64,000 nucleotides of DNA. Origin: Gammaproteobacteria bacterium. Lineage in GTDB: Bacteria > Pseudomonadota > Gammaproteobacteria > Ga0077536. How positions within the stretch are numbered: position 1 is the first letter of the stretch; each line of letters opens with the position of its first letter. The stretch is taken from positions 1,696,001 through 1,760,000 of the forward strand of contig CAXXLL010000002.1 of the NCBI GenBank assembly GCA_963662545.2, written 5' to 3'. A program made the position numbers and the translations under genes. The notes beneath the pieces are model-generated. The model was not told where the DNA came from. It made no database searches and saw only the letters and a program-made list of their open reading frames with translations. Below, in pieces: positions 54,165 through 64,000 of the stretch.

Positions 54165-56012
54165 TCACTGCAGCGCCCAGACCATTAAGCGTTGCCCATC
54201 AACGCGCTCCCGCCGCTTGACGAAACCGGCCGTAGTGAGTGCCGCGCCGAGCCGGTGCTGATCGCGCATCGAAAGCCGTGCTTCGCGACCGGCTTCGGCG
54301 ATCCGACACCCAACGGCGGCTGCGGCCAAGGTGAATGACTTCGGCGCGGTCGGCAGCCAGTTCTCCAAGGCGTCTTCAAGGATGTCGTCACGCCGCCGCA
54401 CCTGCTCGTTCGTCGCTGACTGCGCTTCATGGAGGTTATCCGGCAGCCGCGCCTCGACACCATCGCGGTACGCCGCTAACGCTTCAGCCCAGAGTTGTTC
54501 CCGGCGTTCGTTCAAGTAGGCGCGAAGCACCGTTGGATCGCCGCCTCGCAGGACGACCGATACGAAGCGGCGGTTCCCCGATGGATCGTTGGGTAAGCAA
54601 GTCGGGTCGTTGCTGGTTCCGACTATGATGCAGCGCCGCAGCGCGGTCTCGGGGTTACGGCGGTAGGCCAGCCTCACGACCCCGTCATCCGTTCGGGATA
54701 GAAACGATTTCAGCGATTCGAGTTCTGCCCGTGTCGAGCCGGCCATCTCCGCCACTTCGACGATGACGCGCGATTGCAGCGCTTCGGTGCGGGTCTTGGG
54801 ATCTGCCGCCAAGTGCAGCCCGTCGGCAAACCAGTCGGGACGCTCCAGAGGCAGCGCGCAGCGAAGCGCAGTGGATTTGCCACAGCCCTGCGGGCCTATC
54901 AGGACCGGCATTTCGTCCATCTTCGTTCCGGGCTCGAACGCGCGCCAGACCGGTCCCAGGAAGACGAAGCGCGCCGCCCAGGCGGTTAGCGGGCAGTTCG
55001 GATCCGTCTCGAAGACCTCGTTCAGCCATCCGTCTAGCCGGGACGTGCCGTCCCAAGGGGACTGAGCCTGAACCCAGTCGAGGAAGGGATCGGTCTCCGC
55101 ATCGGCAAGCAGAGCATTCAAGCTCCGCTGCCACGTCTCTCGCCCGAAACGCAGCGGCGCGTGTTTCTCGCCCGTCACGTACCGATTCGCGATTGTTTCC
55201 TGTATGCGCGCCTCGGTCCGGTCGTTCGCCTCGCGCCAGTCGTCAGCGGTCTCGCGGAACTCATGGTGCCTGGAGCGCACGTTGAAGCGCCACGCAATGC
55301 CAAGCCCGGTGAGCGCGGCGGCCAAGCCGTCGGCGTTTCTCGGCTGCTGCCGCTTCGCTGCCGCACTCGCCAAGGTGGTCTCGACTTCGCCTGCCGGTAG
55401 TCCAGCATCAATTGCCGCATCGCGGAAAGTGTCCCAGTCGAGCGTGCCGTCTATCGCGGCCTTGAACGCCTCGCGATTGAGCGTGTCGTTGCGGGTGCCA
55501 ATGGGCGCGGTTCGTACGGCTTCTGGCCCGCGCTTACCCTGGGTCGTCGGCCTCGGCAACCGGCCGGGGTCGGCCGGTTGCGCATCATCGAAGTGTTGCG
55601 CCAGCCCGTCCGCGAGTGTCGCTGCATCCCACAGAACCACGAATCCGCGTGAGCCGCGAATGTCACCGCCCGCATCGCCCAGGCTCCACTTGCGGTTGCC
55701 GATGTCCCCAGCAGCCGCTCGATACCAGGCATGAAAGCTGCCTGGCCGTTGGGTTGCGATCACCGCGACCGGCTTGCCCAAGACGCCACGCACCGCTTCG
55801 AGGCCGTTCTCTCCGCCTTGATCGATGTCAACCACGAAGCACCCCAAGCTGGCCGGGATAACGCCTACCAGGCCGCCGCCCTTCACGTGTCTCTCGACCT
55901 TCGAGAAGTCGGGCCGCGTCTTCTGCCATTTCCTTGAGATGGGCTGCTTGTCGGCCGTGGCGATGACGAAATGTGCGCCGCTGTCACGCAACGCCTGAAG
56001 CGCGGTATGCAT
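54165..56012 (-). CDS. Prim-pol plus VapE (virulence-associated E) helicase
   Basis: VVDID...H...DIRG prim-pol motifs; GPQGCGKST; GTSN...DPSGNRRF. Confidence 0.85.
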   Translation of the reverse strand: MHTALQALRDSGAHFVIATADKQPISRKWQKTRPDFSKVERHVKGGGLVGVIPASLGCFVVDIDQGGENGLEAVRGVLGKPVAVIATQRPGSFHAWYRAAAGDIGNRKWSLGDAGGDIRGSRGFVVLWDAATLADGLAQHFDDAQPADPGRLPRPTTQGKRGPEAVRTAPIGTRNDTLNREAFKAAIDGTLDWDTFRDAAIDAGLPAGEVETTLASAAAKRQQPRNADGLAAALTGLGIAWRFNVRSRHHEFRETADDWREANDRTEARIQETIANRYVTGEKHAPLRFGRETWQRSLNALLADAETDPFLDWVQAQSPWDGTSRLDGWLNEVFETDPNCPLTAWAARFVFLGPVWRAFEPGTKMDEMPVLIGPQGCGKSTALRCALPLERPDWFADGLHLAADPKTRTEALQSRVIVEVAEMAGSTRAELESLKSFLSRTDDGVVRLAYRRNPETALRRCIIVGTSNDPTCLPNDPSGNRRFVSVVLRGGDPTVLRAYLNERREQLWAEALAAYRDGVEARLPDNLHEAQSATNEQVRRRDDILEDALENWLPTAPKSFTLAAAAVGCRIAEAGREARLSMRDQHRLGAALTTAGFVKRRERVDGQRLMVWALQ

Positions 56013-56070
56013 TTCTACATCCTCACGTCGACGTAAATGGTCTTGAGCGGTCATTGGTATCCGGACGCGG

Positions 56071-56619
56071 TCAGTCGGACTCGACCTCAACGAGCTCGTA
56101 GACATCCGGGTGGTTCCGGGCCATGCGCCGTGCCTTGTCTATGTCGGCGAGCGGCTGGATGTCACCGGGGCCGTGCCATATGAGGCCGGTCCTATACAAT
56201 CCATCGGCGTACCAGGACCGCCGACCAAGGTAGCGGATCGCCACCGCAGGCTGGGCCGGCTCGGCTGTCGGCACCGGCTCGGCAGGGACCGTCGCCCGCA
56301 CACCGTTGACTGCACCGCACACCGGACAGTGCCTGGACTTCGAGGCCACCACGCGATACATCCACGGGCCCTGGTAGCCGCGACGCCGTTTCTCGATGTC
56401 TCCGGTTTGCTGTAACCATCGGCGCGCCCGGTTCAGCGCGGCACGGCTCACGCCGGTCTTCGAACGCGCCAACTCAATCGCGCGCGCCGACACCCAGCCG
56501 GCGGCGTCCAAGCAGCTGCCCGCCTCCAAGTGCGACAGCAGCCACGCACTCGCGCGTTCAAGTGCGGTGCGCGTGCCTCCCTGATTCGACAAGGCCCTCA
56601 TTTCGGTGTACTTCATCAA
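56071..56619 (-). CDS. Hypothetical protein (wHTH-like plus CxxC)
   Basis: 182-aa ORF in the operon. Confidence 0.5.
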   Translation of the reverse strand: MMKYTEMRALSNQGGTRTALERASAWLLSHLEAGSCLDAAGWVSARAIELARSKTGVSRAALNRARRWLQQTGDIEKRRRGYQGPWMYRVVASKSRHCPVCGAVNGVRATVPAEPVPTAEPAQPAVAIRYLGRRSWYADGLYRTGLIWHGPGDIQPLADIDKARRMARNHPDVYELVEVESD

Positions 56620-56695
56620 TGGTGCTCCTATGATGTTCGTTCAGGCATGGGTGCACGTGTCTCTCCACCCGCGCGCGCAGAAATGCGGGCGAAAT

Positions 56696-58411
56696 TCAGC
56701 ATCCTGCTTCGGGTGAGCCGGATAGCCAAATCAAACGCTGGCCGCTTTTCTGCCATTCAACCGTTATCCCGATCTGCCGCAGCGCCGGGGTGAGGCGGTC
56801 CAGGCGTTGGCTCAACCATTGCGCATTGCCGGGCCACCCCCGGGTCTTCGCCACACTCTCACCGACGCGTCGGGTTAGTTCACGGTACAGCTGGGTCGCT
56901 GTCCCTTCCCAGACCTGACCCCGCCTCTTTCGCATCAGGTCGCAGATCGCACCGGCGACCGGGCTGGCCTCAATCACCGTCGTAACGGCACCCTCACGAT
57001 TACGTTCATACGCATGCAGGAACGCGCCCTCGGCGAACACGCCGGGCTCGCAAGCCACGACCCACTTGGCGAAGTCCGCCATCCGCGGCAGCGCTTCGAT
57101 CTGCACCGTCGCAAGCCGAGCCAGCCCCACGACCATCGCGTCGAGCAGCGCACCAAGGATCTGTGGTCGCACACGCTCAAAGTCGGCCCACAATTCGGAC
57201 TCGGGCTTACGCTCTGTTTTCTGGATGGCCTTGAGCGTCAGGACCAGTGCCCGGTCTGCCAAATCACCCCGCGTCACGACTGCATCGATACTGTTCAAGA
57301 TCACGGGGCGTGCCGCGCTGATCACGCTCTCCTCGTCGTCGGTGTACAACTTGCGCGCCGCGAACCCGGCCCCCGTCGAGAGCCGGCACAGCGCATCCGA
57401 CAGCCACGCAGGAACCGTGCTCAGGTTGTCGAACGCGAGCACGTGCGCGTTCCAGGCGGCGATGAACAGTTCGTGTTCATTGCGCGGCGGTGCGCGGAGC
57501 GCCGCCTCATGCGGGTCGACGAGGGCACGCAGCATCTGCGCGCACGTGCTCTTGGCCGACCCTTGCTCACCCGTCAGCACCAGCACCGGATACGGGCCGG
57601 TCGGGCGGAGTGCCGCCAAGAGGCAGGCTACGGCGAGGTTGAAGTCATCCTCGCTGGCCAGATTAAGAAACCCTCGGAGGGCTTCGATCTGCCCACCGCG
57701 TTCGGGCTCGGGCAGTGCGCGCATATGTCGCCTGCGGACGAATCGCACCGCCGGACGATCAACGCAGCGCCACCCGGTGGCGTCGATCTCGATGGCCTGC
57801 CAGGCGGCATTGCAGAGGTCGAGATACAGCCGGCCGGCCTCGGAGCCAACACGACGATAGACCTTGCGCGTCGGTCCTCGAAACTGTGCCTGCGCCGCGA
57901 TCGTGCCAATCGCCGTTTGCAACGCCTCGTTGGTCGGCGCGCCGCCGTCAGATGCTTCGAAGTATTGCGCCCGAAGCCACGCGTTGAAGCCGTACGAATC
58001 TACCGGCCACGTTTCATGGTGCCCGTCGTGTTCAAACTCGGCGAACGCCTCCTCCCCGTGGTGAAACAGAGTGCAGTCGCGCTCGGCCAGGTCGACCAGC
58101 CGACTGGCTTGCGTTATGCGCTTCTTATGGCCCAGCTCGGCCGGGCGGGTCTGGCGGTCAAGCTCCGTGACCGGCACACCGAGAGCCTTGAGCAGTTGCC
58201 GCAGTCGCGCCCAAGTGGGGGAGTCCCCGGCGCGTAGTTTCTTGAGACACTCGATGGCCGTAGCCTCGAAAGGCGCGCCTGGGTCCAGCCTCGAACGTTT
58301 GACGAGCGCCACCCAGTCTTCAGGCAACCGGTCGAGCATCGCGAGCATCGCGGCCTCGCGTTGCGCGTCAGCGATGCTCAGCGTGTCGACATCCTTTCTC
58401 GACCCGCTCAT
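56696..58411 (-). CDS. P-loop ATPase / putative replicative helicase
   Basis: GEQGSAKST, AFDNLS, DLADR, PRMADF. Confidence 0.8.
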   Translation of the reverse strand: MSGSRKDVDTLSIADAQREAAMLAMLDRLPEDWVALVKRSRLDPGAPFEATAIECLKKLRAGDSPTWARLRQLLKALGVPVTELDRQTRPAELGHKKRITQASRLVDLAERDCTLFHHGEEAFAEFEHDGHHETWPVDSYGFNAWLRAQYFEASDGGAPTNEALQTAIGTIAAQAQFRGPTRKVYRRVGSEAGRLYLDLCNAAWQAIEIDATGWRCVDRPAVRFVRRRHMRALPEPERGGQIEALRGFLNLASEDDFNLAVACLLAALRPTGPYPVLVLTGEQGSAKSTCAQMLRALVDPHEAALRAPPRNEHELFIAAWNAHVLAFDNLSTVPAWLSDALCRLSTGAGFAARKLYTDDEESVISAARPVILNSIDAVVTRGDLADRALVLTLKAIQKTERKPESELWADFERVRPQILGALLDAMVVGLARLATVQIEALPRMADFAKWVVACEPGVFAEGAFLHAYERNREGAVTTVIEASPVAGAICDLMRKRRGQVWEGTATQLYRELTRRVGESVAKTRGWPGNAQWLSQRLDRLTPALRQIGITVEWQKSGQRLIWLSGSPEAGC

Positions 58412-59349
58412 CGACCATCCCTCCTGTCGGCGAAGTCACCGCCGGCACGGGGCGCCACGATCGTGACGCGCCGCCCCTCGGCCTCCAGCCGTTCTGCGAG
58501 CGCCGCCGCCGCTTCGAGTCCGGGTGCGTCACGGTCAGCAGCAATGACCACTTCGCGGACGGCCTCGGGCACGACCAGCGCGCGTAGTGCAGCGGTCCCG
58601 AGCGCGACCCAGCCGGGCAGATCGAGCCGCTGCATGGCCGCCGCAGTCGACTCGATACCCTCGCCGACGAGCAGCACCCCGTTCGCCGGCTCGGCGAGTC
58701 GGACCGCACCGCCGGTGAGCCGTCCGAGACTCGCACGAACCGGCTGGACCGAAGCCTTGTGCGGCCCCTGCAGGTAGGTACGCTGAATGCCGAGAAACCG
58801 CCCTCCACAGTCCTGCACGCACGCCACCAGAGAGGGAAAAAACACGTAGGGCGGGTGCGGATGGCGAAGCCGCGGGTGAAATCGCAGCGCCCGTGCGCCG
58901 GCCACCTCCACACCGCGACCGCACATATATTCCTCGGCGAGTGAACCCCGCAGCGGGCGGGTTTCCTTCCATATCTGGTACGCGCGTGCCTGCTTGTCCC
59001 GTGTCTCGCGAGCATCAGCGCCACGCGTCGTCACGGCTCGCGGACCATGCTCCTGAGCGGGGACAGACCGTCCGGACAGGAAACCGTGTGCGGAAAGCCA
59101 AGCCAGCGCTTCACACCGGTTGCCGCCGCGTTCACGCTGTACCAGGTCGAGCACACCGCCGCCCTCACTGGCCTCATGGTCGCGAAACCTACCGCCGTAC
59201 GGGCCCGCGATGTGCACCGCGAGGCTGCCCCGGCGTCCGTAGCGTAATTCGCGCTCATTCGACAATGCCGCGTTCGGCTCGCCCAGCAAGGCAATCGCCA
59301 CCGCGCCGATAAGGGCGGACCAGTCGAGCGGCCCTACCGGGCCGGTCAT
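58408..59349 (-). CDS. Toprim-domain primase
   Basis: IQRTYL, GEGIE, AADRD, DFAD. Confidence 0.85.
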   Translation of the reverse strand: MTGPVGPLDWSALIGAVAIALLGEPNAALSNERELRYGRRGSLAVHIAGPYGGRFRDHEASEGGGVLDLVQRERGGNRCEALAWLSAHGFLSGRSVPAQEHGPRAVTTRGADARETRDKQARAYQIWKETRPLRGSLAEEYMCGRGVEVAGARALRFHPRLRHPHPPYVFFPSLVACVQDCGGRFLGIQRTYLQGPHKASVQPVRASLGRLTGGAVRLAEPANGVLLVGEGIESTAAAMQRLDLPGWVALGTAALRALVVPEAVREVVIAADRDAPGLEAAAALAERLEAEGRRVTIVAPRAGGDFADRRDGR

Positions 59350-59364
59350 GCACTCGCCCACGGC

Positions 59365-59610
59365 TCATGCCTCCCTCATCGTCGGCTCCACCACGTGCGC
59401 ATCGAGCCATGCGTTGAGATCGGAACCGAGATACAAAATGCGATTCCCGAATTTCCGATAACGAGGTCCGCGCCCCATCCAGCGCCAGGTGGCAAGCGTG
59501 CCGCGTGTGGCGATGATGGACAGCGCCGGGTCATTCGAGCGATAGTAGTGGTTGTCCTCAAAGTGCGTGCTCGGCGCGCTTTTCGGCCGAGGAGCGTTCT
59601 GTTCATCCAT
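59365..59610 (-). CDS. Excisionase/AlpA-like HTH protein
   Basis: TLATWR..GRGPRY.KFG.RILY...DL.AW. Confidence 0.8.
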   Translation of the reverse strand: MDEQNAPRPKSAPSTHFEDNHYYRSNDPALSIIATRGTLATWRWMGRGPRYRKFGNRILYLGSDLNAWLDAHVVEPTMREA

Positions 59611-59913
59611 CGCGGTGTTCCTCCTTCAAAGGGATACCGTGCGTTATCCAGGATTTTGGATTTGCCGTCATGGGGCACAATTCCCCATGACGGCTGGGCT
59701 AGGTTTCGCGCCGGAAATCTGCCGGGTTCAGCGTGTCTGGATCTCCTGATGGAGTCTCTCGCAGAGAGCAGGACGCGCCTCGCCGGTGAATCCGCCGCAT
59801 ATGGAGCATGTTCCGGCGGCTGAACCGAGGAACGAGGGTCCTTCAAGAATCCTGTGGTCGCGTCGACTGAACAGCTTTTTGCCGGGCGCGGGAAGGCTTA
59901 ACCGTGCGTCCAT

Positions 59914-59976
59914 ATTGCGCCCACCCTCGACACCGTTTGGGGCGCTTAGGGCGCAATGGGCGCAATGGGCGCAATT
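59914..59976. repeat. GGGCGCAAT tandem repeats (3 plus 1 degenerate) with one inverted copy
   Basis: Seen directly; iteron-like. Confidence 0.55.
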
Positions 59977-60302
59977 AAACACCCCGTCTCGGGCCCGGCG
60001 GACAGTGCGAGGCGCCGCCACCGGCCATCCGGTTCCCGACGCCTCCGGCACTTTGAACTTGACTGGTAAGCCCGCTTTCATCGAAGAATTCGGCGGACCT
60101 GCACGTAGACGGCCTGGGGCGATTCGGGTATTGCAAGACGCATCGAAGGGAGGTTCCACCGCAAGAGCGACCGCAAAGAGGGCCCTCAACGGCGGGACGC
60201 GGTCACCCCCTCAACTCGGGTCTCATCCGTCGAAAGGCTTGCTGTGGAGTCGTCCCGGGGCCTCGGGTGGGGCGCGGCGTCGCGCGTGTTCAGCCTTGCG
60301 GT

Positions 60303-61286
60303 TCAGGCAGCGCTTGCCAACTGAGCTCGGGCCGTTTCAAGCGCCTTGCGTTTCAAGTCATAGCCGCGCCCGAACCACACGCGTTCCAAACGTGCATCTC
60401 GGGTCATTTCACGGGTGCGCCGATAGTCTTCATCTCGGACGACCGCGTTATAGAGCGCCCAGAGCGTCTCGCGTGTCGCCGACGGCGTGACGGTTTCATC
60501 ATCAAGTATCTGCTTCACGCGCCCCCACCGCGTAGGTTCCAGACCTTGGGTCTTCTGCCGGCGAGTCCTCGGAAACAGCGTCTCTAGATAACCGTCTACC
60601 GCTGCGGGCGCCATGCCGCGCTCTGCCATGCGAGCGAACAGGGATTCGGCCTCAGCAAATACCGCATCGGAGAGACGCTTCAATGCTTGCGCTTGGGCTT
60701 TTTTCAGATTGTGGCGGATATTTCGGGTATGACGGACGGATACGACCCCTGTCCCGTCCGCCTGTGCGAGGCTCAGGGTATTTTGGCAGACGACTCGGAC
60801 CGGCGTGAAACGCACAGTAACAGCGCTCGACCCGTCATGGGAGTTGGACAGCAGCAGGAAGCGATCGATAGGGTCGTCCCCATGGATGACCATGTGTTCC
60901 GACAGCCGTGCCAGCGCCCAAACCCGCTCGCCGTTGCCCAACGCGCCCGCTGTGTGGAACTCGGCCCAACCATTGTCAATGAAGGGTTCGAAGAATGTGA
61001 ACGCATCCACGTTCTGAAGCGGCTCATACTCCTTGCTGACGATGGCGAGCGCGACCGCCTCGGTCTCGTCACCCACCGGGTCACGCAGCACGATGTACCG
61101 ATCATGGATGCGCCGCGGAGCGAGCAGCCGTGCGCCTGGGGCGGGCTCTTTTTGAACCTGCCAATCCAGATTGGCCGCGCACATCATCTGCTCGGCTCTG
61201 ACGTGTGATTCAACCGCCGTGCCGAGACGGTGCCACGGTGTCTCGCCCACGAACGCCATGCTGCCCTGGAAAAGGTCATGTCCCAT
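60303..61286 (-). CDS. DUF932-family protein
   Basis: TPWHRLG, YEPLQN, NSHDGS, TPVRVVCQNT. Confidence 0.85.
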   Translation of the reverse strand: MGHDLFQGSMAFVGETPWHRLGTAVESHVRAEQMMCAANLDWQVQKEPAPGARLLAPRRIHDRYIVLRDPVGDETEAVALAIVSKEYEPLQNVDAFTFFEPFIDNGWAEFHTAGALGNGERVWALARLSEHMVIHGDDPIDRFLLLSNSHDGSSAVTVRFTPVRVVCQNTLSLAQADGTGVVSVRHTRNIRHNLKKAQAQALKRLSDAVFAEAESLFARMAERGMAPAAVDGYLETLFPRTRRQKTQGLEPTRWGRVKQILDDETVTPSATRETLWALYNAVVRDEDYRRTREMTRDARLERVWFGRGYDLKRKALETARAQLASAA

Positions 61287-61992
61287 CTTGCTGTTTCCTG
61301 GCCCTGTGTCGGTTTGCCTGCGTACCCTTCCGTCGCTTCCAAACCGTCTCGACCGTCGTATATGTCAAGCCGCGCGCTTTCGCGACCGCATCGCACGCGG
61401 AATGCAACGAACTCACTTCATTGCGCGCCGGCTTCATGCCCAGGCTTTGCAAATGCCCGATCACCGTGACAATACTCGTATTGCGAACCTCATCTGTGCG
61501 TGGATCGCACCGACCTATCGGGCGGTTGAGGTGCCCGCTTGCCAGCCGTTGGACGATCTCAACGGTGAGCGGATGATCCTTCTGCGCCTGAGCTGCGATT
61601 GTTTCGAGCGCCTCCTGCGTCCAAAACCGGTCCCACTTACTCTCTTTTTCGTCTTGCCAGACTTCAAGCAACTCTCGGATGCGGTCTTCTATCAGCATTT
61701 CTCGCCCATCCACCTCCACCATGCAGTGTGAAATGAGTGCGGCAACGGCCAAAGCCTCAGGGTGTTCAGGGTTAGGCCACTGGTATCGTTTCACAAGCGC
61801 GACGGCCTCTTCGAAGGATGGACACAGACGCTCTTCTTCCCAGCGCGTCTGGAGTCTTGTTAACTCCAACAGGTACTCGGACAGCCTCCTACCAATTTCG
61901 TGCAGGTTTGTGTCCGGGCCGTAGACGTTTTGCGCAGCCGCCGCTAAGGCCTGCTCATCGATCGCTTCTGGGCAGGTTTCCTTGTCGCTCAT
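61276..61992 (-). CDS. Hypothetical protein
   Basis: About 238-aa ORF between the integrase and DUF932; RBS GGAGG. Confidence 0.6.
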   Translation of the reverse strand: MSDKETCPEAIDEQALAAAAQNVYGPDTNLHEIGRRLSEYLLELTRLQTRWEEERLCPSFEEAVALVKRYQWPNPEHPEALAVAALISHCMVEVDGREMLIEDRIRELLEVWQDEKESKWDRFWTQEALETIAAQAQKDHPLTVEIVQRLASGHLNRPIGRCDPRTDEVRNTSIVTVIGHLQSLGMKPARNEVSSLHSACDAVAKARGLTYTTVETVWKRRKGTQANRHRARKQQDGT

Positions 61993-62023
61993 CGAACCAT
62001 CCTCCGTCGTGTATCGGGCGCCG

Positions 62024-63187
62024 TCACACGCCCCGCAGCTGCGCATCGATGGCCGCACCGATGTGCTCCTGGGCCTCGTGAACCGCCGCACCGGCATGCC
62101 GGATGTAGCGGTCGGCCATCGCCGTGGTCTTGTGCCCGAGCAGGTCGCGCAGCACATGGGTGCCGACCCCGGCGCGCGCCGCGCTCGTCATCACTGTGCG
62201 GCGCAGGTCGTGCAGGCGCACGTCCGACAGGCCGGCCTCGCGCGTCAGGGCTGCAAAGGCCGCGTGGACCGTCTGATACGTAATGGCCGCGTCGCGTCCG
62301 GTGGTGAACACGTAGCCGTTGATGCGTGGCAGGCCATTAAGCAGCTCGAGCGCCGCCGTGGGCAGGCCGTGCACGCGCCGCCCGGTCTTCGTGTGGGGCA
62401 GCACCACGGCTTTGTGCTCAGTGTCTAAGTGCTCCCAGCGCATCGCCAGCACCTCGCCAATACGCAGACCCGTCAGGGCCGCCAACCGGATCGCCGCCAC
62501 GGCCGCGGGCTTGTCCTTCTCCGCGCGTGCCAGCGCCGCACCGAGTGCCGTCATCTCCGACGGCGTGAGCACCCGGTCGCGTGCTTCCTCACGCGCCCGC
62601 TCGATGCCCCGGGTGGGGTTCGTGTGCTGCGGGCGCAACGCCCAATCCTCGAACAGCCGGAACAGCCGGCTCGTGAACGCCAGCACGCGGTTGCGCTGTA
62701 CCGGGGCGGTCGCCGCGAGCGGCGCCACCATGCGCTCGATGTCGTGGCGCGTGACGTCGGCGATCCGCCGCCTGCCAAGGGCAGGCCGCAGGTGACGGGC
62801 GGCTTGTCGGCGATAACCGTCCACTGTGCCCGGCGCCATGCGGCCCGCTGCCAGCCGCGCCGGCACATATTCGGCGAAGAACCGCTCTAACCCCTCGTTC
62901 ACGGTCAGCGCCGCGCGCGCCTCGCGCCGCCGCGTCAGCAGATCGCTCTCGCCAGCGCGGATCCGCACCCGCTCGGCACCCGCGCGCTTGCGGACTTCTT
63001 CCAAGGAGATCTCGGTCGTTCGGGCCAGCACCACACGATGGCGGCGACCGTTCATGCGATAGTCGAGCACATAGGCTTTGGTGCCCTTCGGCGTGATGCG
63101 GACGCCCAAGCCCTTCACCTCCTGGTCCCACAGGATGCGGGTCTTCGGCTCGGCTCCGGCGTTCCGGATGGTGCGTTCGGTCAGCAT
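62024..63187 (-). CDS. Tyrosine integrase (P4-like, arm-binding N-terminus)
   Basis: GLGVRIT..GTK; TGLRIGE, HDLRR, LGH...Y. Confidence 0.93.
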   Translation of the reverse strand: MLTERTIRNAGAEPKTRILWDQEVKGLGVRITPKGTKAYVLDYRMNGRRHRVVLARTTEISLEEVRKRAGAERVRIRAGESDLLTRRREARAALTVNEGLERFFAEYVPARLAAGRMAPGTVDGYRRQAARHLRPALGRRRIADVTRHDIERMVAPLAATAPVQRNRVLAFTSRLFRLFEDWALRPQHTNPTRGIERAREEARDRVLTPSEMTALGAALARAEKDKPAAVAAIRLAALTGLRIGEVLAMRWEHLDTEHKAVVLPHTKTGRRVHGLPTAALELLNGLPRINGYVFTTGRDAAITYQTVHAAFAALTREAGLSDVRLHDLRRTVMTSAARAGVGTHVLRDLLGHKTTAMADRYIRHAGAAVHEAQEHIGAAIDAQLRGV

Positions 63188-63359
63188 GGCGTGCTCCTGG
63201 TTGAGGGGTGAGGCAGTCCATCTGCGTCACCATTATGTCACCCCAACGCCAAGATACCCGTCGAACGCCCTTGATGCAAGTGGAGGAAAATAGAACAATA
63301 CTATCGAATAATTAACCGTTTATTGAACCGGATGGATTGAGATCGATGGCGGAAAATAG

Positions 63360-64000
63360 TTATATAACTGATTTGCCTTCACCGGCGATGTGGACATCCA
63401 CGTCGACGGTCCCGCCGCGGGCGAAATCGCCGTCGGGCCCATTCAGGAACGACGCCAGCGCCATGTTTTTGATCGTCGCCGTTTTCATGAAGCGCGGCCG
63501 GTCCCGAGAAGCGTCGAGGGTGATCCGGGCGGCGAGCGTTCCGCCTTCCAAGGTAGCGTTGAATTTCTTGATCTCGAGCTTGCCGCGTTTGACGGTGATT
63601 TCACTACGCAGCGTCTCGAGCGCGGCCCGCGCGGTCTGCAGGTGCCCTATGGTGATTTCGGCCTCTGCATCGAACTGCCTGAGAAGGTCGAGTTCTAGCG
63701 GATCGGTCGAGAAAATTCTGTCGCTGGATGTGGAGGCCTCTTCAGCGCCCGCTTCGAGCGCAGAAAGATCGATCAGCTTCGATTCCAGATGCAGCTCGAT
63801 TGCGGGGCGGTCGTCATTCAGGTCGAGGCTTGCGCGACCACCGAGATCGGAAGTTCCCAGCAGCGCCGACAGATCCGTCACTTCGTAACGTTTATCTTCA
63901 CCCGTAATCTCGGCTTTGATTTGAACCGGGCCGATAGCAGGCAGTTCGGCGTGCACGAGATTCGCGAGCGCCGTCGTCGATGGCATGGAGAGCCCGAACT
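63360..64000 (-). pseudogene. AsmA-family protein, apparently truncated at the element boundary (5' part off-window)
   Basis: Repeating beta-strand AsmA pattern stops abruptly at GEGKSVI*. Confidence 0.6.

Noticed and set aside
63340-63360. tRNA gene at the integrase boundary
   Set aside because: Only a 7-bp TCCGCCA match; no cloverleaf.

Overview
A heavily IS-scarred accessory region, probably from a Gammaproteobacterium (inferred only from gene families). It lies between the 3' end of a heparinase II/III-like gene and a truncated AsmA-family gene. About half is IS DNA (IS21, IS6, IS3, IS66, IS256, IS1182, IS630), often nested. The cargo is largely defence-type. (1) An MBL/ComEC-like hydrolase plus membrane protein pair. 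(2) A HEPN/DUF4145-like gene beside a phage-portal remnant. (3) A ubiquitin-like conjugation operon (Ubl-E2 fusion, JAB-E1 fusion, DUF6527). It is divergent from a sigma-70-like factor, a small protein and a proteasome-beta-like Ntn hydrolase, and the whole block is bracketed by directly repeated IS6 copies. This is the best candidate for a new system. (4) A broken type I RM locus retaining a GmrSD-like gene. (5) An EcoRI-family methyltransferase plus DUF262-HNH pair. Also present are a group II intron remnant split by IS1182, a 47-bp micro-insertion in an istA, a non-autonomous Tn3-type element with lox/dif-like sites, and an integrated satellite-like element with two replication modules. All family calls come from motif recognition by eye; no searches were run.
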